Part shown: piece after piece, positions 57,028-64,000 of the stretch
Layout of the letters: every line of letters begins with the position of its first letter
Position numbering within the stretch: the first letter of the stretch is position 1
DNA from: Kiritimatiellia bacterium
GTDB taxonomy: Bacteria > Verrucomicrobiota > Kiritimatiellia > RFP12 > JBMNHG01
Length of the DNA stretch: 64,000 nt
NCBI GenBank assembly: GCA_050950285.1
Contig: JBMNHG010000006.1
Span: 417,167 to 481,166, forward strand
Direction: 5' to 3'
Translations under genes and position numbers: made by a program
Notes under the pieces: model-generated
What the model was told of the DNA's origin: nothing
Seen by the model: only the letters and a program-made list of their open reading frames with translations
Databases searched by the model: none

Positions 57028-58314
57028 TCAGGCTCGGACGGTCGTGGCCGTGAGCCCTTGCGGCGCGAGGTTGACCTCCGCACGGCGCACGCCATCCACT
57101 TCGACTGCGAGCGGGACGGGCGCATCCGTGCGATTGGCCGCGACCACCACAACCCCGCCGTCCGGATTTTGGAAGGCCAGGGCGTCGTCGAAGCCGGAGA
57201 CCATCCAACGCTTCGCCCCGCGCCTCACGTTGGCGGAGAGGGTTGCGAGGAAGGTGTATTCCGGATTGAAGCGGAAGGTGCGCGCGACGGGATCGACCGT
57301 CACCAGCGAGTTCTGCTTCCAGCCCCAGCTCGAAATGGCGTCGTCCACAAGGGCGATGTTCCAATACTCGTACACGGAGACGCCGTTGCCGAGGTAGTGG
57401 CGCATCAGATCCCAGGTGTGCCAGGCATGGGCAAGGTCGTTCCGTCCATCGCCGCATTCCTGCTCGCTCTGTATCAAAAGCAGGTCCGGATGGGCGGCGC
57501 GGACGCCGGGCAGCGCATCCTTTCCGGCCCACTGGAAGCCGACGCCGCGCACGTATCGGGCGCATTCGGGGTCGCGCAGGATCGTCTCGGCATAATCGAG
57601 CGACGGACGTTCGATCGTGCCGAGGAAGAGCTGGACGCCGGTGCCTTCGAGGGCGGGACCAAGGTATTTCCCGATGAACTCCGCAAGGGTTTCCGCTTTC
57701 CATGTGCAACTGGGGAAACACTGGTCGCTGTTGGGTTCGTTCTGTGGCATCACGGCCCAGACGGGAATGCCTGCCGCACGCATGGATTCGACATAGCGGC
57801 GGAAATAGAGCGCATAGGCGGCGAAATGCGCGGGATCGGCAAGGAAGCCGTCTTCGCCTTCGCGTACACGGTCGGCGGGACCCGAGAAGTCGTTCGATCC
57901 CGCATCGCCGCCCATCGGGGCACTGCTGTACTTGCCCGTGCGCTTGAGCCAGCGGGGCGGACACCACGGCGACGCCCACACGAGCAATTCGTCCTCCGGA
58001 ACGCGCGCCTTCACCGCGCGGAGGAGCGGGAGAAGCCCCGTCTCGTCGCGTTCGAGAGAAAAGTGCTCCATGGCGAAGTCTCCGGGGACCTCGTTGTAGG
58101 AGTAGAAGTCGCGCGCGAAGTCACTGGCGCCGACGGGCGTTCGGACGACGGTGAAGTTCGCGCCTCTGCCGGGCGTGAAAAGCGTGTCCAGCACGGTGGC
58201 GCGGTCGGCGGGCGAGAGCAACGCCAAGGCATCGTGGCCCAGCTCGCTCATGCAGCAACCAAAGCCGAGGATTGTCTGGTCGGTACGGGTGGAATCAAGG
58301 ACGAGGGTGTTCAT
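57028..58314 (-). CDS. glycoside hydrolase family 30
   Basis: QTILGFG, RTPVGASDF, ASPWCPPRWLK, PQNEP, SEQECG, FQNPDG. Confidence 0.9.
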   Translation of the reverse strand: MNTLVLDSTRTDQTILGFGCCMSELGHDALALLSPADRATVLDTLFTPGRGANFTVVRTPVGASDFARDFYSYNEVPGDFAMEHFSLERDETGLLPLLRAVKARVPEDELLVWASPWCPPRWLKRTGKYSSAPMGGDAGSNDFSGPADRVREGEDGFLADPAHFAAYALYFRRYVESMRAAGIPVWAVMPQNEPNSDQCFPSCTWKAETLAEFIGKYLGPALEGTGVQLFLGTIERPSLDYAETILRDPECARYVRGVGFQWAGKDALPGVRAAHPDLLLIQSEQECGDGRNDLAHAWHTWDLMRHYLGNGVSVYEYWNIALVDDAISSWGWKQNSLVTVDPVARTFRFNPEYTFLATLSANVRRGAKRWMVSGFDDALAFQNPDGGVVVVAANRTDAPVPLAVEVDGVRRAEVNLAPQGLTATTVRA

Positions 58315-58337
58315 GCGAGGAGTCGATGGAAGGGTGA

Positions 58338-59408
58338 TCAGGCGTAGGAGCCGAGGGTCTTCGCGAGTTCGATGATGCCGCGGAAATCCTCGAGGCTCAC
58401 GCTGGAGGGGACGGAGTGGTCGGAGGAAAAGATGTAGCCGCCACCCTCCTTGAGCACGGGGACGACGCGCTCCATCTCCTCGCGGATGGCGTCGGGCTTG
58501 TCCCAGAGCACGGCGTTGATGCCGCCGTGGAGGACAAGCCTGTCGCCAAATTCGCGTTTGATGAGAAAACTGTCCATGCCGGCCTTCACTTCGAGAGGGT
58601 TGAGCGCATCGATGCCGATTTCCACGAGATCGGGGAGAAACGGCATGATGTTTCCGCAGGAATGAAGGTGGGTCTTGACCCCCTTCGCATGGGCCCAGTC
58701 GCAGGCGCGCTTCTGGAAGGGTTTGAGAACGTCGCGGTAGGTCTGGAGGGAAAAGAAGGGCGTCCCCTTGTATCCCATGTCATCCGGCCACGTCACGCAG
58801 TCGAAGCGATAGCCGGCATCCCAGATCATGTCGAGGTGGGCGATGCTCATCTCCAGATAATGGGAGAACATGTCCATGCACCATCCGGGATCTTCGACCA
58901 TCGCGACAAGGATGCGTTCGGTTCCGGAGGACCAGGAGTGGGTCACGTCGAAGCCGAACCAAAGGTGGCCTTCGATCCAGGCGTGGTCCTTGCGCCACCG
59001 GGGGTAGTTGTCTTTCAGGAACGCCCAGTTCACACGGTCGGGCGACGGCGTCATGCGGGCTTTGGCGGCAGCCCAGCTCTCGCGGTCTTTGATGGTGAAA
59101 TCGAGAAACTCGGGGGTGGATGCGGCGTGCTTCCAATTCCGAAGGGTGGCTCCCCACCCCGTGGTTTGGATGATGTATTCGTCGGTCTCTTCGACAACCT
59201 TCGCCGGGAACATCGGGGACGTGTCGGCACCGACGCCGAAGACCTTGTCCAAGCCGAAGAAATCGACAAAGCTCATGCCCTTCGGCATCCCTTCGCGTTC
59301 CCAGCGTTCGATGGTGGCGCCCCAGGGGATGTCGGTCATGGGCACGCGGTCCGCCTCCTGATGGTCGTACATGCGGCGGAAGCGCTCGTGGGAGGTCATC
59401 GGGGTCAT
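58338..59408 (-). CDS. uroporphyrinogen decarboxylase-family (URO-D/CIMS-like) protein
   Basis: TSHERF..DRVP, DDMGYK, HLHSCGN, LNPLE, GGYIFSSDHSVP. Confidence 0.88.
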   Translation of the reverse strand: MTPMTSHERFRRMYDHQEADRVPMTDIPWGATIERWEREGMPKGMSFVDFFGLDKVFGVGADTSPMFPAKVVEETDEYIIQTTGWGATLRNWKHAASTPEFLDFTIKDRESWAAAKARMTPSPDRVNWAFLKDNYPRWRKDHAWIEGHLWFGFDVTHSWSSGTERILVAMVEDPGWCMDMFSHYLEMSIAHLDMIWDAGYRFDCVTWPDDMGYKGTPFFSLQTYRDVLKPFQKRACDWAHAKGVKTHLHSCGNIMPFLPDLVEIGIDALNPLEVKAGMDSFLIKREFGDRLVLHGGINAVLWDKPDAIREEMERVVPVLKEGGGYIFSSDHSVPSSVSLEDFRGIIELAKTLGSYA

Positions 59409-59475
59409 AGGGAAGATCCTTTCGTCGAAACTTGTCTGTCCGGCCATGGCGCAGGGTCGGCGGTCCCCGGCCTCG

Positions 59476-62400
59476 TCATGCGGTCGGCGTGAAGGGGATC
59501 GTCGTCTTTTCGGCCTCGGGATAGACGGCGTCGACCTCCTCCTGCAACGCGATGGTCCGGCCCAGCGCGGTCGCGATGCGGCAGTAGGTGCGGATATCGT
59601 CGAGTTCAAGACGGCGCTCCCGCCGATCCTTCAGCCACTTGTCGCAGACCTGGTATCCGCCGATCGGATAGGTCCAGACCGCTTCCGGTACGGGAGCAAA
59701 GTACTGCGTGGCGTTGATGTAGACCCGCTCCTTGTCGGCGGCGTATCGCAGTCCGGTCGTGCGCTCCTTCTCGACACGGTTGTCGCCTTTCCCCTCGAAA
59801 CGGCAGGCGGGCGGATCAAGATCGGGCGACTTCAGCAGGTGCAGGCCGACGAGCTTCCCGCCCAGCGCGGAAAGTTGCTTGAAGAGCTTGGCATCCGACG
59901 TGAACGGTATGCGCGGGTAGTCCATCTTCAGGAATTCGGCGTACTTCGTGCGGTAGGCGGGCGCATGGAGCACGGCGTAGACGTAATGGAAGATGGCTTC
60001 CGGCGTCGGCGCCTGGCCATGGGCTTCCGCGAGCGCGTCGACAAGGGCCGCGTCCAGATTCGGCTGCCGCGCACCATAGAATTCCTTCGGCTCGAACAGC
60101 ATCATCGGCACATGGCGCACGACCCCGGTCTTGCTCTTCGCCGGTTGCTTGGGCTCCGGATACAGATAAAGCGGGAAATAATAGTTAATGTCATACGCGG
60201 CCACTGATTTATGCGTCCCGATGTTTGTGGTGACAAACACGCCAAACTCATCCTTGTGCTGCCGAGGTGCAATGAGCGCCAGATTCTCTCCGGCCAGCAT
60301 ATGTTGCATGACCTCCTGGCGCGGCATGCACAGGAAGCCGCGCGAGCGTCCGGTGTAGTAGGTGTGGCGCACGTCGAAGGGGCGGTAGAGGATGGGAACC
60401 ACCTTGTCGCGGTCAGGCCCGGAATCCCGGATGTCTTCCTGCGCAAGCGTGACTTTCCAGTCTCTCGCGTCCTTGCCCAGCCGATAGCTGCGGCGCGCAA
60501 GCTCGGGCTCCGATCGGGCGAACAGGTTGACCGTGCGCCAGACATCCTCTGCGGTCCACTGGATGGTCAGGTTGTCGCGGGCGGTGACGATTCCGACGCT
60601 GCTGACCGGAAAGATGCCGGGGATGGACGGGAAGCGTTCGTACATGCGAAGCGACGATTCGTCCCGCGGAATGAAAAGGTAGCTTCCGGCACGCGGCGTC
60701 ACTTTGCGCCAGCGGGTTGTCCTGGCGTCATGCTTTTCCAGCCAGGCGTATTTCGACCCGCGCGATCCATACAGGTCGGCATGCCTTACTGTACCGTGGG
60801 CTTTGGTCTTCTCGCCACGCTTGATAAAGAAGGCGATGGCCACGCCCTGGCGGATGTCGAAGACGTTCGTGTCCGGCGAGCCGTCCGGACAGGTCTCCTT
60901 CTTGAGCGCATTTCCGTGGAGATCGAGAACGCGGATGTCGTCGAAGGTCTGCATGAGGCTCTGGCGCATTCCCCGGAAGGTGGGGTTGTCCAGATAGCTG
61001 TGGTTGGTGATCATGCCGACCACGCCGCACCCGGCCTGTTCGATCTTCCACTGTGCGAAGCGGAGGAACTTGACGTAATCGTCCTGGAGCCATTTGGGGT
61101 TCTTTTCGCCGAGCGGCTTGCCGTCCACCTGCTTGTACGTCTCGATCAGCCCGCGTATCCATTCGCCGGTGTTGGTCGAGTGTCCGGAATAGGGAGGATT
61201 CCCGAGGATGACGAGGATCGGGGTTTGTTTCTTGACCTCTCCGGCCAGGCGGGATTCCTCCGCCAAGGCGGAGAAGCCCGGCAGGAGGCTCTTCTCCAGT
61301 TCCTCGGTGTCGAGGGTGTTGGTGAGGTAGAACGGCATGCGCTCGTCGTCGCCGAGGCGGTGGCCGAGCTCCTCGAGGAAGAAGCTCATCTTGAGGTGGC
61401 CCACGGCGTAGGGGGCCATCATCAGCTCGAAGGCGTAGAAGTTCTTGAGGATGTGCTGGCGGATGAAGTCGGCGCGGCCGCCTTGTCCGTACTTGGCTTC
61501 GAACTCGGCTACCGCAAGCGCGGCGGCGCGGGCGATGAAGGTCATGGTGCCGGCGGCGGGATCGAGCAGCGTCACGCCTTCGGAGGCGAGGCCGTCGCGC
61601 CTGCCGAAGTCGGCCTTGAGGATGTGGTGGAGCGAGCGGACGATGTACCCCACGACGGGTTCGGGGGTGTAGTAGACGCCGCGCCGCTCGCGCTCGGCGG
61701 GGTCGTACTGGGCGAGGAAGGTCTCGTAGAAGTGGACGATGGGGTCGCTTCCCTTGCCCTCGTGGTAGTAGCGGTCGAGGATGCCGGGGGCGTCGGCCAC
61801 GGCGAGCACTTCGGCGATGTCGTCCACGCACCACGCCAGCTGCCCGGGCAGATCGCCCAGCGAGATGAAGCGGAACATGTCGCGCAAGACGCCGATCATG
61901 TGCGGGATGCTGTCGAAGGCGGAACGGCGGTTGAAGGCGTCGCCGGAACGGATGCGGGCGGCGAAAAGCCCGTAGGTGATCGTCTGCGCGAAGAGGTCGG
62001 CGAACTCCTCGCGCTCCAGCGTGCCGATCAGATAGGTCCGGAACGCCTCGAAGAAGCCGGCAAGGACGCCGGGCGCCTCCTTCTCCTGCGCGAGCTGCCG
62101 GGCGACCACGTCGCGCAGGAAGCGCGTGCGCTTGGCGAGCTCGACGGCCAGCGATTCCGCCGTGAACACCTTCGGAAGCGAGAAACCGAGAAAGCGGTCG
62201 AGCAGTTCCCGGAGTTCGTCCGGCCTTTCCATGGGCGGAACCGTGTACAGGCGGGTCAGGACGAACGGCCGCGCCGCGAGGACGGCCTGCACCCGTTCCC
62301 CGTTGCGATAGAGGCGGAACTCGAAGAAGTTGGTCAGGATCAGGTTCGGGAACGTTTCGCGGTAGCGGGCGAGTTGCTCCGAATCCTCGATGGCGTCCAG

Positions 62401-62658
62401 ATTGGTGACGGCCGGATGTTTTGCCTCGACATAGCCGATGATCTTGTCGGTGCCGTTCCACAGGCGGAAATCCGGGTTCCCGGCGTCGGTGGCCTTCGGC
62501 AGCATGGTGACGCGGACGGGTTTGCGCCCCGTCTCTTCCGCCACCGCCGCCAGCATGCCGGAGAGCGCGGGATAGAAGCTTTCCTCGCGCGCATCGCCCT
62601 GCTGCGCGACGGCGTGCAGCTCGTTGAGGTATGCGGTGAAACGCGCGTCGTCGGTCAT
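59476..62658 (-). CDS. single-chain restriction-modification enzyme (PD-(D/E)xK nuclease, N6-adenine MTase, type ISP-like specificity domain)
   Basis: GNPDF..IGYVEAK; GVYYTPEPVV; LDPAAGT; ILGNPPY; DDYVKF; YRPFD; IGGYQVCDKWLKDR. No helicase motifs seen. Confidence 0.88.
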   Translation of the reverse strand: MTDDARFTAYLNELHAVAQQGDAREESFYPALSGMLAAVAEETGRKPVRVTMLPKATDAGNPDFRLWNGTDKIIGYVEAKHPAVTNLDAIEDSEQLARYRETFPNLILTNFFEFRLYRNGERVQAVLAARPFVLTRLYTVPPMERPDELRELLDRFLGFSLPKVFTAESLAVELAKRTRFLRDVVARQLAQEKEAPGVLAGFFEAFRTYLIGTLEREEFADLFAQTITYGLFAARIRSGDAFNRRSAFDSIPHMIGVLRDMFRFISLGDLPGQLAWCVDDIAEVLAVADAPGILDRYYHEGKGSDPIVHFYETFLAQYDPAERERRGVYYTPEPVVGYIVRSLHHILKADFGRRDGLASEGVTLLDPAAGTMTFIARAAALAVAEFEAKYGQGGRADFIRQHILKNFYAFELMMAPYAVGHLKMSFFLEELGHRLGDDERMPFYLTNTLDTEELEKSLLPGFSALAEESRLAGEVKKQTPILVILGNPPYSGHSTNTGEWIRGLIETYKQVDGKPLGEKNPKWLQDDYVKFLRFAQWKIEQAGCGVVGMITNHSYLDNPTFRGMRQSLMQTFDDIRVLDLHGNALKKETCPDGSPDTNVFDIRQGVAIAFFIKRGEKTKAHGTVRHADLYGSRGSKYAWLEKHDARTTRWRKVTPRAGSYLFIPRDESSLRMYERFPSIPGIFPVSSVGIVTARDNLTIQWTAEDVWRTVNLFARSEPELARRSYRLGKDARDWKVTLAQEDIRDSGPDRDKVVPILYRPFDVRHTYYTGRSRGFLCMPRQEVMQHMLAGENLALIAPRQHKDEFGVFVTTNIGTHKSVAAYDINYYFPLYLYPEPKQPAKSKTGVVRHVPMMLFEPKEFYGARQPNLDAALVDALAEAHGQAPTPEAIFHYVYAVLHAPAYRTKYAEFLKMDYPRIPFTSDAKLFKQLSALGGKLVGLHLLKSPDLDPPACRFEGKGDNRVEKERTTGLRYAADKERVYINATQYFAPVPEAVWTYPIGGYQVCDKWLKDRRERRLELDDIRTYCRIATALGRTIALQEEVDAVYPEAEKTTIPFTPTA

Positions 62659-62858
62659 CACGGCACATCCTTTCGCGGAGCCTCGCCGGATTTCGGAGTG
62701 GCCAGGGCAGTCCCGACGAGGGAGGCCACCCCGTTTGGGATGCTGGCATCCTCTTCCGCCACCCTCGCGCGCAGACGCTTGTGCGTCCCGGGCTTGAGGC
62801 GGATATGGATCGGCCTGGTCTCTTTCTGCGAATCCGGTCGCGTTTGTTTCGCGGTCAT
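62658..62858 (-). CDS. small ribbon-helix-helix-like DNA-binding protein
   Basis: RPIHIRLKPGTHKRLRARVAEEDASI..VASLV; AGGAG RBS; stop overlaps the RM start. Confidence 0.65.
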   Translation of the reverse strand: MTAKQTRPDSQKETRPIHIRLKPGTHKRLRARVAEEDASIPNGVASLVGTALATPKSGEAPRKDVP

Positions 62859-62887
62859 GCGGCTCTCCTGACGATAGCGCAGGTCGA

Positions 62888-62916
62888 ATCGTAGCCTCGC
62901 CAAAGCCCGGCGTCAA
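62888..62916 (-). promoter_or_regulatory. sigma70 promoter of the RHH-RM pair
   Basis: TTGACG-N17-TACGAT. Confidence 0.6.
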
Positions 62917-63012
62917 GCGCCGCGCCGTTTCGCCAATCGCCGTGTATAAGCCTCGCAGGGGACAGGCATGCTTCGCCGCCACACGAGCCCCACGGGAGGG
63001 GCGGAGATGGCG

Positions 63013-64000
63013 CTACTCGGCCTCGATGCGGGGATTGGCCCAGTCCGCCGCGTCGAAACGATTGCCGTCGCCGCCGTCGGTGACGGTCAGGCGCAGGCGT
63101 TTCGCACCGGCGGGGATGGCGAGATCGACGCTCTTTGGCGCATCAAGTCCGGAGACAGGGCCGGAGTCCCAGGCCTTGTCGCCGTCGATCGCGATCTCGA
63201 AGGTGACACTCCCCTTCCCTTCCGTGGCGGCGTCGATGCCGACCTCCGCGCGAAAACGGCGTGCCGCTCCATCCAACGCGTATTCGAGCAAGGAAGGCGC
63301 GAAGACGCCGATGCCGGTATCGTAGTGCGTCGTGTCGATTTGCAACGGGCCTCCGATGACGTTGCGGTCCAGGCGGGGCGCCTCGACCGGCTGGTCGGCG
63401 TGGACCGGGGCCAGCGCGGCCAGCGGGAGGGGCTCGTCGGCGCTCCAGGCGCAAGCCGTCCAGCGCACGCGGTTCCCTCCTTCGGGATAAGCCATGCGGA
63501 TGCGGACGGTTTCCTTGCCTGGAACCGGGTCCGGGGGGATTGCGATCCAAGCACCGCGGAGACCGCCGGAAAGGACAGGGTCGGTGCGGTGGAGGTCCAG
63601 AACGCCCACGGGCGTATCGTCCGCGAAGAGTTCGATGGTTTGCCCGTCGAAGAACTCGCCGGCCGTGGATTCGGGATTGGGGCCGTCCAGCCACCAGTCG
63701 GCACGCAACAGGAGGCCTTGACCCGCCGGGACGGGCACATCGAAATGTTCGGAGCCGCCCGGCGCGAAGGCGACGCCATCGGCCTGGACGGGGTCGCCCA
63801 GGAAGTCGAGCCCCTGGAATCGCGCGGGGACAGCCCCCTTCGTCGCGACCCGCGCGTCGTCCGCACCTTCCCAGACACCGAGGATCCGCTGGGCCCAGGA
63901 TTGCGATCCGTCCATCTCGGAGAGGCGGGCGAGACGCAACGCTGCAACCAGGTCCTCCGCCGCCGCACCCTCCGCGGCGAAGTGGAACAACAGGGGCATG
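63013..64000 (-). CDS. NPCBM/NEW2-domain protein (5' end outside the window)
   Basis: GIGVFAPSLLEY..FRAEVGID..GSVTFEI..DG..WDSG..LRLTVTDGGDGNRFDAADWANP. Confidence 0.85.
   Translation of the reverse strand, partial: MPLLFHFAAEGAAAEDLVAALRLARLSEMDGSQSWAQRILGVWEGADDARVATKGAVPARFQGLDFLGDPVQADGVAFAPGGSEHFDVPVPAGQGLLLRADWWLDGPNPESTAGEFFDGQTIELFADDTPVGVLDLHRTDPVLSGGLRGAWIAIPPDPVPGKETVRIRMAYPEGGNRVRWTACAWSADEPLPLAALAPVHADQPVEAPRLDRNVIGGPLQIDTTHYDTGIGVFAPSLLEYALDGAARRFRAEVGIDAATEGKGSVTFEIAIDGDKAWDSGPVSGLDAPKSVDLAIPAGAKRLRLTVTDGGDGNRFDAADWANPRIEAE

Noticed and set aside
58338..59408. hemE (haem biosynthesis)
   Set aside because: It lacks the HemE W(F/L)MRQAGR motif and sits among glycoside hydrolases, so it is a URO-D-like paralogue only.

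Overview
This is a high-GC bacterial chromosomal window. Gene content suggests the PVC superphylum, probably Kiritimatiellota or Lentisphaerota (inference). It carries housekeeping genes (dciA-like, lgt, uvrC, rpsU, argA-like, argH, pyrimidine-nucleoside phosphorylase, ftsB-like, tRNA-Lys, tRNA-Asp), many glycan-processing enzymes (GH43, permuted GH3, GH20, GH30, sialate O-acetylesterase, SGNH, CBM9-like, NPCBM) and an ExbB/ExbD/TPR module. Four accessory elements stand out. (1) An ~11.5 kb polymorphic RHS toxin locus (18272-29821). Its ~2500-aa RHS protein has a membrane-anchor/TSP3-repeat N-terminus and a HEXXH tip. Two lipoprotein genes follow, then an orphan module with a colicin-M-like DxYD tip and an exported partner gene. 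(2) A three-gene pilin-like cassette behind a sigma54-type promoter. (3) A repeat-built surface protein ending in a GTLFLLR tail. (4) A single-chain restriction-modification gene with a small RHH-type partner. Several exported proteins show a strong Thr-Asn dipeptide excess that is absent from the cytoplasmic controls checked. There are also dispersed REP/MITE-like repeats, in-frame microsatellites inside the RHS gene, and a 4x11-bp repeat between divergent promoters. Several frameshifts may be sequencing errors. All calls come from reading motifs by eye; no database search was run.
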